A stretch of 61,766 bases of DNA from a virus (lineage: Duplodnaviria > Caudoviricetes), in IMG/VR virus record IMGVR_UViG_3300027756_001348, positions 1 through 61,766 of that record; one strand, 5' to 3'. Both the position numbers and the translations under genes were made by a program. Of this stretch, positions 18,614 through 27,873 are shown piece after piece; position 1 is the stretch's first letter, and each line of letters begins with the position of its first letter. The notes beneath the pieces are model-generated. The model worked only from the letters and a program-made list of their open reading frames with translations, was not told where the DNA came from and ran no database searches.

Positions 18614-19092
18614 TTATATCCATCACAGGCGGCAAGCCTAGACTCAAAGATCTAGCAGAAAGTATGATTAGATATGCTGCTGATCTACTCATGGATAAAA
18701 AACTAATTAAAAAATTGACAGTGGATTTGGAATTCAGTAGAACATTGTACAAAGACGATGCCATGCTGGCTGAGATAGACTTTGATGACAGGCTTAAAAA
18801 ACCTAGAGAATTCACCATCACTGTGGACAGCACAGTGCCCATGAGACGCATTATGGAATCCATTGCTCACGAGATGATTCATCTCAAACAATATGCCACT
18901 GGAGAAATGCAAGACACAGATAGGTCTGAAGTGGTCAAATGGAAAGGGCTGGACATCAATCTACAACAATGGGAGTATTGGGATCGACCATGGGAAATAG
19001 AAGCTCATGGCAAAGAGTTGGGCATATTCATTAGATGGGCAGAACACTGTGATCTCAGCAAAGAATCTTGGACACAGGAACAATATGTCTAA
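18610..19092 (+). CDS. Zincin-type metallopeptidase
   Basis: AHEMIHLKQ (HExxH) and PWEIEA third ligand. Confidence 0.75.
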   Translation: MIISITGGKPRLKDLAESMIRYAADLLMDKKLIKKLTVDLEFSRTLYKDDAMLAEIDFDDRLKKPREFTITVDSTVPMRRIMESIAHEMIHLKQYATGEMQDTDRSEVVKWKGLDINLQQWEYWDRPWEIEAHGKELGIFIRWAEHCDLSKESWTQEQYV

Positions 19093-19192
19093 AATACAGA
19101 ATAAAACTCCCAGTTTAAACAAGTTTTTTTATTCAGTTTTAACAATAATGCTGATGTTGATGTTGCTTTGCCTATGGGGAATACTTAAATAG
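19085..19192 (+). CDS. 35-aa membrane microprotein
   Basis: Single hydrophobic helix; overlaps the upstream stop. Confidence 0.4.
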   Translation: MSKIQNKTPSLNKFFYSVLTIMLMLMLLCLWGILK

Positions 19193-19216
19193 TGATGAAA
19201 CATTTGGTGTGCTACT

Positions 19217-19678
19217 ATGAAAAAATCCAGTGCATTTGCTCATGTCAATAGGATCAAACGTGCCTGTCAACGTCACAGTCATATAAAGAATTTTCAACCC
19301 ACACTGAATCAAACCAAATACTGGTTTGGAATCATCAACAAAGAAATTTTTGATTCCAAATTGAAAAGACCACGCATCACGGTGAGCCAAAAGAAACAAG
19401 TGATGGGACAATGTGTGGCCAACTGGGACAGCAGGATTGCAGGACGCAGAGGCGAATGGGATCAAAAAAAAATACCCTATCACAATCCCACCATGCATTA
19501 TCTAATAGAAATGCATCACAGGTTTAACACTTGGAGAGATTATATCGAAACACTGGCTCACGAAATGGTACACTTGTATCAAATGACAGTGACCAAAGAT
19601 CCCACAGCCAATCACAATGACAGCTTCTATGCTTGGAAGAATCGTTTCAAAAAGTTTGGATTAAATCTAAGTAGATAA
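19217..19678 (+). CDS. SprT-like metalloprotease
   Basis: N..IF...L, TLAHEMVH.YQ, H...F. Confidence 0.75.
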   Translation: MKKSSAFAHVNRIKRACQRHSHIKNFQPTLNQTKYWFGIINKEIFDSKLKRPRITVSQKKQVMGQCVANWDSRIAGRRGEWDQKKIPYHNPTMHYLIEMHHRFNTWRDYIETLAHEMVHLYQMTVTKDPTANHNDSFYAWKNRFKKFGLNLSR

Positions 19679-19681
19679 CTC

Positions 19682-19861
19682 TTATTTATCAAGATTTGGA
19701 TTTGTCAGGTGTTCTAGGGTGATTATTTCATCTTTTGGTAAAACTTGTGTGTCTGATGCGTTCTTCACAACAGATTTACTTTTTGCCCACGATTTATAAG
19801 ACATTTCCTTGTCCGCTTTGGCTTCTATTCTTCTGATCTGTCTTAAACTCTTTTTGGACAT
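19682..19861 (-). CDS. Small basic hypothetical protein
   Basis: MSKKSLRQIRR; ATAAGTA motif 4 nt upstream. Confidence 0.55.
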   Translation of the reverse strand: MSKKSLRQIRRIEAKADKEMSYKSWAKSKSVVKNASDTQVLPKDEIITLEHLTNPNLDK

Positions 19862-19941
19862 ACAATACTTATCTCTAGGTTGACTTAGGCACCAAATAGT
19901 GCTATATTTTAGTATATTTAACACAAACTAGAAAACATCGA

Positions 19942-20139
19942 ATGAAAGTTGAAGTAAGAAACAATAACGTGGAAAAGGCAATGCGTATTCTTAAGAAGAA
20001 ACAGAAACGTGATGGTTTTTTCCAACTGCTCAAGGAAAAAGAATTTTATTCCAAGCCCAGTGAGCGAAAACGTGAAGAGCGCAAGAAGAACATTGCCAAC
20101 TGGAGACGAGCTAAGAAACTCAGAGATCAGCTGAGATAA
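19942..20139 (+). CDS. rpsU: 30S ribosomal protein bS21
   Basis: V.VRNNNVEKA.R.LKKK..R.G......EFY.KPSE.KR. Confidence 0.92.
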   Translation: MKVEVRNNNVEKAMRILKKKQKRDGFFQLLKEKEFYSKPSERKREERKKNIANWRRAKKLRDQLR

Positions 20140-20142
20140 AAG

Positions 20143-20340
20143 ATGAAATGGTTGACTTACAAGTTGCCAGAACATCTTGTGATACATTATGGCATCATGC
20201 TGATGTTGATCACTGTGATAATGCCTGTGTTTTTTTTAGATAGAGATTTGGATTCTTGGGGGTATTTTAATAATTTTATAATTTTTGATATAATTTATTA
20301 CATTTGTTTTGAAAAATTTCGCTTTACAATTGACGACTAA
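20143..20340 (+). CDS. Small membrane protein
   Basis: Two hydrophobic segments. Confidence 0.5.
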   Translation: MKWLTYKLPEHLVIHYGIMLMLITVIMPVFFLDRDLDSWGYFNNFIIFDIIYYICFEKFRFTIDD

Positions 20341-20351
20341 GATAGTATAAT
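20323..20351 (+). promoter_or_regulatory. Sigma70-type promoter, leaderless transcript
   Basis: TTTACA-N17-TATAAT, ATG 6 nt downstream. Confidence 0.75.
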
Positions 20352-20357
20352 ACAAGT

Positions 20358-20570
20358 ATGAATCAAACAAATTCTTTGGACAAAGTTTCTGTGTATTGTT
20401 CTGACACTGATAAAACAGTGCTAGCAGAAGTGTTAGAATTTAAACCTAAACAATTTTTAAATGTGTCTGTGGAACGATCCATTAGACTCACTATGCGGTA
20501 TGATGCCAAGCACAATCAATATGTGGGCAACATGGCCAATCTAGAATTTACTTCGAAAGGACCCAAATAA
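20358..20570 (+). CDS. Hypothetical protein, coupled to clpP
   Basis: 70-aa beta-rich ORF. Confidence 0.65.
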   Translation: MNQTNSLDKVSVYCSDTDKTVLAEVLEFKPKQFLNVSVERSIRLTMRYDAKHNQYVGNMANLEFTSKGPK

Positions 20571-20571
20571 T

Positions 20572-21162
20572 ATGCCATCATTGGTGCCCATAGTTATAGA
20601 ACAAGAAGCCAGAGGCGAACGATCCTACGACATATACAGTCGACTGCTCAAAGATAGGTTAGTGATGTTGGACACAGATGTAAATCCAATCAGTGCCAGT
20701 CTTATAGTGAGTCAACTTTTATTTTTAGAAAGCGAAACAGTCAAACCCATACACTTCTACATCAATTCTCCTGGAGGATTGGTCACAGCAGGTTTGGGCA
20801 TCTATGACACCATGCAATATATCAAATCACCTGTGTATACCTATGTGATAGGTCAGGCTTGCTCTATGGGCAGTCTATTAGCACAATCAGGTGCACCAGG
20901 ACACAGATACATGTTGAAACATGCTAGACACATGATACATCAACCATCAGGTGGTACTCAAGGTCAAGCCACAGACATACAGATTCATGCTCAAGAGATC
21001 CTTAAACTGAAAAAGGAACTCACTCAGATCTACGTCACACACAACTCCAAAGGCAAAACCTTTGATCAATTGAGTGCTGACATGGAGCGAGACAAATTTA
21101 TGAATGCGCAAGAGTCGCTTGAGTATGGATTGATAGATAAAATTCTATCCAAAAAAGACTAA
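20572..21162 (+). CDS. clpP: ATP-dependent Clp protease proteolytic subunit
   Basis: [21 protein letters not shown] (Ser), MIHQP (His), ERD (Asp). Confidence 0.97.
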   Translation: MPSLVPIVIEQEARGERSYDIYSRLLKDRLVMLDTDVNPISASLIVSQLLFLESETVKPIHFYINSPGGLVTAGLGIYDTMQYIKSPVYTYVIGQACSMGSLLAQSGAPGHRYMLKHARHMIHQPSGGTQGQATDIQIHAQEILKLKKELTQIYVTHNSKGKTFDQLSADMERDKFMNAQESLEYGLIDKILSKKD

Positions 21163-21188
21163 AACGGAGAACAAAAATGAAAAAACGA

Positions 21189-21217
21189 TTGACTAGAATC
21201 AAAAATTCTAGTAATAT
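21189..21217 (+). promoter_or_regulatory. Sigma70 promoter spanned by an 8-5-8 inverted repeat (putative operator)
   Basis: TTGACT-N17-TAATAT; ACTAGAAT-caaaa-ATTCTAGT at 21192-21212. Confidence 0.6.
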
Positions 21218-21284
21218 ATTAACAAGATTATTTAGAAGCTTTGCTTCTGATAATACAACAACAAGAAAAGAAGGAGTCGTCTCA

Positions 21285-21548
21285 ATGAGAAGATCAACTA
21301 GTATACAAGATAGAGTAGAAGCCGCTTTAGAAGCTGGCGAAGCTCTTACAGCAGCAGCCATCAAAAATAGATTTGGTGCCGCTAACCCAGGTGCAGTAAT
21401 TCAAAGCCTAAGATTCAAAGGCTTCCCAGTGTTCTTAAACACAAATAAGAGAACTGGCGCAAAAGTTTACAGAACTGGCAAAGCCCCAAGAAAAGTTATT
21501 GGTGCTGGCTATCAAGCAATCGCAAGAGGCTTGATCAACGTAGAATAA
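21285..21548 (+). CDS. Putative winged helix-turn-helix DNA-binding protein
   Basis: AGGAG SD; L.AGE.LT...I..RFG..NP.A.I..LR..G..V..N pattern; alternative start at 21177. Confidence 0.6.
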   Translation: MRRSTSIQDRVEAALEAGEALTAAAIKNRFGAANPGAVIQSLRFKGFPVFLNTNKRTGAKVYRTGKAPRKVIGAGYQAIARGLINVE

Positions 21549-21569
21549 TTTCTACTTCTGTTAGTTAGG

Positions 21570-21599
21570 AAAAGGGTGGTTCTAGTAGCCGCCCTTTTT
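21570..21599 (+). terminator. Rho-independent (possibly bidirectional) terminator
   Basis: AAAAGGGTGGTT-ctagt-AGCCGCCCTTTTT. Confidence 0.8.
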
Positions 21600-21708
21600 C
21601 GTTTGTGCAAATCCTTTGTAAGTCATTGATTTTATTGACTTTTTAAAGGTGAAACACAAGTAATATAATTTGACTTTTGAGTTCAAAGAAGTTATTATAT
21701 ATATACAT

Positions 21709-21746
21709 TAGGCAAAATACAACTTAGGCAAACAACCATAGGCAAA
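21709..21746 (+). repeat. Three direct repeats of TAGGCAAA in the 5' leader of the AAA ATPase
   Basis: Copies at 21709, 21725 and 21739. Confidence 0.8.
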
Positions 21747-21749
21747 CAT

Positions 21750-22754
21750 ATGAAAAAACAAATATACGTGCTAGAAGGCAGTTATAGAAGTAAGAAGATA
21801 GAAAATCAAGTATTCGAAATGGTCAAACCATATCATCCATATCCGCACAAACCAGGTGGCTTCGTCACAGTCAAAGTGGAAGACATCAAAGAATTTCCAG
21901 GTGCCACAGACAAAGAGATCAGAGTATCTGTGGAATCGGAATCTCAATTGAGAGACAAAGCACCAGAAGCTCCTAAAGAAGAGAGCGATACAGAAGTGGT
22001 AGAAAGATTAAGAAAAAGATTCGACATATTAACAGACATGACTAAAGCCTGCAAAAGAGGTGATGTGAGAGCAATGATTGTGTCAGGACCTCCAGGCGTG
22101 GGTAAATCCTTTGGCGTAGAGGCTGTGTTACAAAAACATGACATCCTAGCCACATTGGGAGACAGCAAACCCAAGTATGAAGTGGTCAAAGGTGCTATGA
22201 GTGCATTGGGCTTGTATTGCAAACTGTATCATTTTAAAGAGAAGGACAATGTGTTGGTGTTTGATGACTGCGACAGTATATTATTAGAGGACTTATCTTT
22301 GAACATATTGAAGGCAGCTTTGGATTCCAAAAGAACTAGAAGAATTTGTTGGAACACTGAAGCATACAGATTGAGAGAAGAAGGTGTGCCCAGCAGTTTT
22401 GAATTCAAAGGTTCGGCTATATTCATCACAAACATCAAATTTGACAATGTGAAGAGTAAAAAACTAAGAGATCATTTGGAAGCACTGGAGTCTAGAAGTC
22501 ACTATATTGATCTCACAATTGATACCATTAGAGAAAAGATATTAAGAATTAGACAGATTGTCACAGATGGCATGTTGAATGAATATGAATTGACTCCTGA
22601 AACTGAGAATCAGATAGTGGAGTTTGTGGTGGAACATCAACGTAGACTGAGAGAGATCAGTCTTAGAACTGTGTTGAAGGTGGCAGACTTGGCTAAGGCG
22701 TTTCCAAACACTTGGCAAGAAACAGCCTTTCATACCATATTAAAACCTAGATAG
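21750..22754 (+). CDS. AAA+/P-loop ATPase of unknown function
   Basis: Walker A GPPGVGKS, Walker B VLVFDD, FITN sensor, SR finger. Confidence 0.8.
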   Translation: MKKQIYVLEGSYRSKKIENQVFEMVKPYHPYPHKPGGFVTVKVEDIKEFPGATDKEIRVSVESESQLRDKAPEAPKEESDTEVVERLRKRFDILTDMTKACKRGDVRAMIVSGPPGVGKSFGVEAVLQKHDILATLGDSKPKYEVVKGAMSALGLYCKLYHFKEKDNVLVFDDCDSILLEDLSLNILKAALDSKRTRRICWNTEAYRLREEGVPSSFEFKGSAIFITNIKFDNVKSKKLRDHLEALESRSHYIDLTIDTIREKILRIRQIVTDGMLNEYELTPETENQIVEFVVEHQRRLREISLRTVLKVADLAKAFPNTWQETAFHTILKPR

Positions 22755-22759
22755 TATCC

Positions 22760-24094
22760 ATGAGAACACAACCACAAGAAGTAATTGCTAAACTAGAAGC
22801 AGACAACAGCAGATTGGCCAAAGAAGCCATTCTGTTGCTGGCTATGAAAGAAGGCCTAGATGAATTCTTTGAAGGTGTGCGTATGTGTTTGGACAAACTT
22901 TACACATTTGGGGTGAAACAGGTACCCGAAAAAGACACAGTGATCAAAGGTCAAGGCTGTGAATGGAAGATATTTAAACAGTTGGCAGAGCAACTGCATC
23001 GTAGAGAACTCACAGGACATGCCGCACGTGATGCCATTAACCTTTTGATGAGCACTGCAACAGCAGAACAGTGGAATGGTTTCTATCGTAGAATACTGAT
23101 CAAAGACTTAAGATGTGGAGTCAGCGAAAAAACAGTCAACAGTGTGGCCACCAAGAACAAATTTAAACAATATGAAGTGCCAGTGTTCACTTGCCAATTG
23201 GCACATGACAGTGCCAATCATGAAAAGAAACTGATAGGCAAAAAAATGTTGGAAGTAAAATTAGATGGAGTAAGAGTGATCACTATTGTGTATCCAGATG
23301 GCAAAGTGGACATGTTCAGCCGCAATGGCAAAGAATTTACCAACTTTGGACACATCGCAGAACAGATATCGCAAGTGGTTAAAAAAAGCCCACCACCTTA
23401 TGCCGTGGTTTTGGATGGTGAAGTAATGAGTGAAAATTTTCAAGATTTAATGAAGCAAGTACATCGCAAAGAATCCGCAGGAGCATTGGATGCTGTGTTG
23501 CACTTGTTTGATTTTTTACCATTGTCTAATTTTATGGAAGGCTATTGGGATAAGAAGCAGTCGGACAGAACTGCCATGGTCAAGGCTTGGTACGACCAGC
23601 ATAAAACCAATTTAAACGCCGTCACAGTGCTGGCACATGAAATTGTGGACCTAGACACTGTGGAAGGACAAAAGACCTACACAGACGTGAATAAGAGGGC
23701 AGTAGCAGGTGGATATGAAGGCATCATGATTAAAGATATGGATGCTCCGTATGAATGCAAAAGAAGCCATGCTTGGTTGAAACTGAAACCATTTATTGAA
23801 GTGAGCTTGACTGTGAAATCTGTGGAAGAAGGCACAGGAAGGAACGTGGGCAAACTGGGAGCCTTTATTGTGGAAGGCACTGACGATGGCAAATTTATTA
23901 AAACCAATGTGGGGTCAGGATTGACTGATGAAGAAAGAGATGAGTTTTGGAAGGATAGTAAATCCTTGATTGGGCAAGTGATTGAAGTGAGAGCCGATGC
24001 TATCACACAGAATCAAGATGCTGTGAATGAATATTCGTTGAGATTTCCTAGATTTATGAAGTTCAGAGGATTTGCCAAAGGAGAAAAACTGTGA
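22760..24094 (+). CDS. lig: ATP-dependent DNA ligase
   Basis: EVKLDGVR, LDGE, EG.M.K, W.K.K, VGSG, SLRFP.F. Confidence 0.95.
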   Translation: MRTQPQEVIAKLEADNSRLAKEAILLLAMKEGLDEFFEGVRMCLDKLYTFGVKQVPEKDTVIKGQGCEWKIFKQLAEQLHRRELTGHAARDAINLLMSTATAEQWNGFYRRILIKDLRCGVSEKTVNSVATKNKFKQYEVPVFTCQLAHDSANHEKKLIGKKMLEVKLDGVRVITIVYPDGKVDMFSRNGKEFTNFGHIAEQISQVVKKSPPPYAVVLDGEVMSENFQDLMKQVHRKESAGALDAVLHLFDFLPLSNFMEGYWDKKQSDRTAMVKAWYDQHKTNLNAVTVLAHEIVDLDTVEGQKTYTDVNKRAVAGGYEGIMIKDMDAPYECKRSHAWLKLKPFIEVSLTVKSVEEGTGRNVGKLGAFIVEGTDDGKFIKTNVGSGLTDEERDEFWKDSKSLIGQVIEVRADAITQNQDAVNEYSLRFPRFMKFRGFAKGEKL

Positions 24095-24279
24095 GTGAGC
24101 TAGAAATAATCAAAAAAGCAATGGCTGACAACAAGAAACTATTTCTAAAAGAAATGCAACAGATTAATCAAAAGATAGATGCTTTAGACGCAAGACTGAG
24201 CAAACACATCACATTCATTGAAAATGTCTATGCGCCGTTGAGCAACAGCATAGATAAATTTAAAAAATTATTCAAATGA
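24091..24279 (+). CDS. Small coiled-coil hypothetical protein
   Basis: GTGA overlap with the ligase. Confidence 0.55.
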   Translation: MSELEIIKKAMADNKKLFLKEMQQINQKIDALDARLSKHITFIENVYAPLSNSIDKFKKLFK

Positions 24280-24563
24280 AAAACATATTCAAACACATAT
24301 TGCCTGAGCTATTTGATGTGGACACCGCTTTTAATAGTTCATTGCCTAAGGTCACTAGATTTCAAATACTAATGGTGCTTGCCACCATGTGGGCTTTTAT
24401 ATTTGCACTTATTACTGCAGAATTCATACATTTCGGCATTAATGTGACCACCAGTGTGATTGCCCATGCTTTGGTGATAGGTGGCATAATCTTCACAAAG
24501 AAAAAACTAAATCAAAGGATTGATGGCTACAATGGCAGAGCACAGGGTGGAGAACACGAATGA
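24276..24563 (+). CDS. Two-TM membrane protein
   Basis: Hydrophobic helices; ATGA overlaps. Confidence 0.6.
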   Translation: MKNIFKHILPELFDVDTAFNSSLPKVTRFQILMVLATMWAFIFALITAEFIHFGINVTTSVIAHALVIGGIIFTKKKLNQRIDGYNGRAQGGEHE

Positions 24564-24772
24564 AAAAATACACAGTAGATATTTCAGTAGGTGACTATGT
24601 GGCAGTGGGCCGTTTTAGAAACGTGACCACGCAGATTAAGGATATCACAGTGGATGATCACGGTCAGCCCATCATACACACCAACAAAGGTCCTAAAAAA
24701 TTATTCAGTTGCAGACTGACCAAACTGGAACCCGGTAGTAAAACCCCTCGGGAAATAATGGACGCAAAATGA
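24560..24772 (+). CDS. Small SH3/KOW-like hypothetical protein
   Basis: I.VGD.V.VGRF.N pattern; GGAGA SD. Confidence 0.55.
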   Translation: MKKYTVDISVGDYVAVGRFRNVTTQIKDITVDDHGQPIIHTNKGPKKLFSCRLTKLEPGSKTPREIMDAK

Positions 24773-24987
24773 TGGATGAAAACATGGCTTTGTTGATGGG
24801 CATAGGCATACTGCTGATTTTGGGAGGTCTAGTGGGTTGGTATCTGTGTGAAAGATGGTATTCTAACAAACTTTTAATTGTGTTGGAAGAGTGTAAAAAA
24901 CTCAACGCAGCCACCCTAGCACTGTGGCAAGACATCACTGCATTCAAAAAAAAAAGTAAACAAGATCAAGATACTTTGCCTAAATAG
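24769..24987 (+). CDS. Small membrane-anchored protein
   Basis: N-terminal TM helix. Confidence 0.55.
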   Translation: MMDENMALLMGIGILLILGGLVGWYLCERWYSNKLLIVLEECKKLNAATLALWQDITAFKKKSKQDQDTLPK

Positions 24988-25026
24988 GTTGATTTTATGC
25001 TCAATTGGCTATATACCTGTTATAGC

Positions 25027-25866
25027 ATGAGCGACACAAAAGAAAAATATCGTCCCAGCATACAAGATAGAATTGCGGAAAGAGTCCGTGAGATCATAGC
25101 GCCTGTGGATGAATGGTTGGACCGTTTGATCACCATGCCTGATAGATTCAATCCTGAAACATACGATCTGCTAGAGCATTTTAAGAAAGAAAAAGTAGCT
25201 GGAGTACATGCTCGCAAGATCATTGAGATGTATGAAACGCACTACAAAGAGTTGAAAGACCTATTGGATCTACGCAAGAAAAATATAAAATTTGTAGAGA
25301 TCACCGAAGAAGAAGACAATGATTCTGACGAGAGACAATTGCTGGAATCATATGAGGATATTGGTGCTGATATTGTACAAAAGAACATAGACGCCTATGA
25401 TAGGATATTCAAAGCATGCGATTACATGATCGATGTGGCCAATGCCAATCGTAAACCACGCAAAAAGAAACCCATCAGCAAGGAAAAGATGGTAAGCAAA
25501 CTACAATATTGCAAAGAAGACACCAAATACAATTTAAAAAGCATTGATCCCAAAGACAGCATCACAGCAGAACAACTGTGGGTATTCAACACAAAAACTA
25601 GGAAATTAGGCATTTATGTGGCCAGTGTGTTGGATCCTAGAGGACTTAACAGAGAAGGCACTGGATTGAGTGTGAAAGGCACCTCTATGCAAGGGTTTGA
25701 CACAACCAAAAGCATGCAGAAGACCCTTAGAAAGCCTGAAGAGCAATTGACTGAATTTATGAAGTGTGGACCTGTTAAATCCAAGACTTTTTTCAGCGAT
25801 ATTAAAAGTATGGAAATAGCCCTCACAGGACGCATTAATTCGGACACCATATTATTAAAAGTTTAG
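25027..25866 (+). CDS. Conserved-looking phage hypothetical protein
   Basis: LWVFNTKTRKLG.Y and K.LRKPEEQL C-terminal domain; start reassigned to ATG 25027. Confidence 0.7.
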   Translation: MSDTKEKYRPSIQDRIAERVREIIAPVDEWLDRLITMPDRFNPETYDLLEHFKKEKVAGVHARKIIEMYETHYKELKDLLDLRKKNIKFVEITEEEDNDSDERQLLESYEDIGADIVQKNIDAYDRIFKACDYMIDVANANRKPRKKKPISKEKMVSKLQYCKEDTKYNLKSIDPKDSITAEQLWVFNTKTRKLGIYVASVLDPRGLNREGTGLSVKGTSMQGFDTTKSMQKTLRKPEEQLTEFMKCGPVKSKTFFSDIKSMEIALTGRINSDTILLKV

Positions 25867-25880
25867 ATATAAATAGTAGT

Positions 25881-26771
25881 ATGTCAAAATCCATTGAACG
25901 CAATATAGCATCAGTTAATAAAGGAGCAGACGAATTCAGCACTGGTTTAAAACAGTTGGCTGAAGCTGCGGCAGATGCAATCAACAACAAACATATTCAA
26001 GAAAAACCCATTGAATTTTTTGGCACAGCAGACAACGGAATCTACAACAAAGGATTGCAGTGGACCGGAGTGGGTCAAACCAAGTATTTTAATTTACAAG
26101 GCAATCCAGATAGAATATGGGCCAATGTTAACATAGATCTCAAACCAGAAAATTCATACATGATAGACAACACTCCTGTGTTGAGTGTGAACGAATTAGG
26201 ACGCACAGTCACAAGATCCAATCTGCGTCAAGTGGGCACACTGAGCAACTTGGTGGTGTCGGGCAATTTGAATGTGAGTCAATTTATAGTATTTGATTCA
26301 GGACTAAACAGATTAGGTGTGGGTATAGAAACTCCCAATGCCACATTCAGCGTGGCCAGCAACACAGTGGAATTCATTGTGCAGCCTGGAGTATCCTCAG
26401 CAGACATAGGCACTCATACCAATAGTGGATTAAACATCAAGACTGATGGCACAGACAGAATCACAGTGTCAGCCAATGGAAATATCACATTAGGTTTAAG
26501 AGGCAACACAGAAACTAGGATCAATATGTATGGTAGAGTGGGCATAGGTGTAACCAGTGTGGAATCAGATGTAAGTCTTAGCACTTCTGGAGCAGTGAAA
26601 TTTCAAAACAAAAAATTTGAAGTGGGCAGTGCAGCACCAGTGACAGGTTCATACACTGTGGGTGATATCATTTGGAACAGTGCACCATCTTCAGGACAAT
26701 CTGTAGGTTGGGTGTGTGTGGCCACTGGAACTCCAGGGCAGTGGAAAACATTCGGACTAATAGCAAATTAA
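25881..26771 (+). CDS. Tail fibre-like structural protein
   Basis: TATAAATA late promoter 5 nt upstream; RLGVG..TP and GDI.WN..P..G..VGW.C...G.PG.W..FG fibre motifs. Confidence 0.7.
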   Translation: MSKSIERNIASVNKGADEFSTGLKQLAEAAADAINNKHIQEKPIEFFGTADNGIYNKGLQWTGVGQTKYFNLQGNPDRIWANVNIDLKPENSYMIDNTPVLSVNELGRTVTRSNLRQVGTLSNLVVSGNLNVSQFIVFDSGLNRLGVGIETPNATFSVASNTVEFIVQPGVSSADIGTHTNSGLNIKTDGTDRITVSANGNITLGLRGNTETRINMYGRVGIGVTSVESDVSLSTSGAVKFQNKKFEVGSAAPVTGSYTVGDIIWNSAPSSGQSVGWVCVATGTPGQWKTFGLIAN

Positions 26772-26772
26772 A

Positions 26773-27219
26773 TTAAGTACTCATCACATCTTTGAGATAC
26801 TTTTTACTCCAATAATCATAATAGTTCTTAGATCTCAAAAACTTTCTAGCATTTTCCAATTTGGATCTCTTTTGACACAGTATTAGATTGAATTTACCAT
26901 TATTAGTGGACACGCTTTTTATTGAGGTTGCTGTGTTCCAGTGATCTGCCAAGAACACATATTGTTTGTGATTATCATTCAGTTGATCACACAATTCATA
27001 CATCTGAGATTTATTCATGTGTGATTCCATCAAATACAACAACACATCCACAGCGTCTAATAATTTTTTATCTTTTTCAAATTTTATAGGTTTTTTTATT
27101 CTGTTCAATATCTTATATCGGGCATGGGCAGCATAAGGACACACTGCCAGTCCACCCAAGTTGTTTTGAGCACTGCTGAGGTGTTGTATCCAAAGTTTCA
27201 CATGTGATTGTATAGACAT
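26773..27219 (-). CDS. Hypothetical protein (CPYA motif)
   Basis: Start reassigned to ATG 27219 after TTAAATA. Confidence 0.6.
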   Translation of the reverse strand: MSIQSHVKLWIQHLSSAQNNLGGLAVCPYAAHARYKILNRIKKPIKFEKDKKLLDAVDVLLYLMESHMNKSQMYELCDQLNDNHKQYVFLADHWNTATSIKSVSTNNGKFNLILCQKRSKLENARKFLRSKNYYDYWSKKYLKDVMST

Positions 27220-27244
27220 ATATGTGTATTTAATAAATATGCAC

Positions 27245-27829
27245 ATGTTAGTGATAGGCAATGGCGAAAGTCGAAAAAATATAAACCTTGACAAAATCAA
27301 TGAGATTAAAATAGGCTGCAATGCCATATTCCGCGACTGGCACATGGATCATCTGATCTGTTGTGATCGCAAAATGGTATTGGAATCCACACATGAAATA
27401 GATTGTGCCAAGACAAACATATATGTGAGACCAGAATATCTCCACATGCATGCTCATTTGAAACCTTTGCCCACACTGCCTTACACAAGTGATTTGAGGC
27501 AGGATCAAGCCATACATTGGGGCAGTGGTCCTTATGCTGTGTTGTTGGCCGCTCAATTAAACACTGAGATGACGCCCATTCAACTGTTGGGCTTTGATCT
27601 GTATGGCCAGGGAGAACACATCAACAATGTGTACAAGGATTCCTATGGCTACAACAAGAGTTCAGAGCGTGCAGTGGATCCTAGATACTGGATACATCAA
27701 TTGAGTAAGATATTTGAACTACATACCAAAATGTCTTTTGAAATCTATGTGCCAGACAACTTTGTGAAGCCCATGATGTGGAATCATGCCAATTTGGAAT
27801 ATAAGAGCTTGACAATGTTGCGGCAATAA
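27245..27829 (+). CDS. Rossmann-like transferase (DUF115/MptE/sialyltransferase-like)
   Basis: VIGNGESR, GCNA, SG..A, LLGFD motifs; ATAAATA 5 nt upstream. Confidence 0.6.
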   Translation: MLVIGNGESRKNINLDKINEIKIGCNAIFRDWHMDHLICCDRKMVLESTHEIDCAKTNIYVRPEYLHMHAHLKPLPTLPYTSDLRQDQAIHWGSGPYAVLLAAQLNTEMTPIQLLGFDLYGQGEHINNVYKDSYGYNKSSERAVDPRYWIHQLSKIFELHTKMSFEIYVPDNFVKPMMWNHANLEYKSLTMLRQ

Positions 27830-27873
27830 TGTAATAATGTATGATGTTTGTGATATATAATGATTGCACACAT

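Noticed and set aside
21617-21645. TAAGTCATTGATTTTATTGACTT imperfect inverted repeat as a recombination site
   Set aside because: Single copy with no recombinase nearby; cannot be supported from this window
14999-24956. Other long A runs (~15000, ~24946) as frameshift sites
   Set aside because: They encode in-frame Lys runs without the A_AAA_AAG phase, and no orphan downstream frame needs explaining
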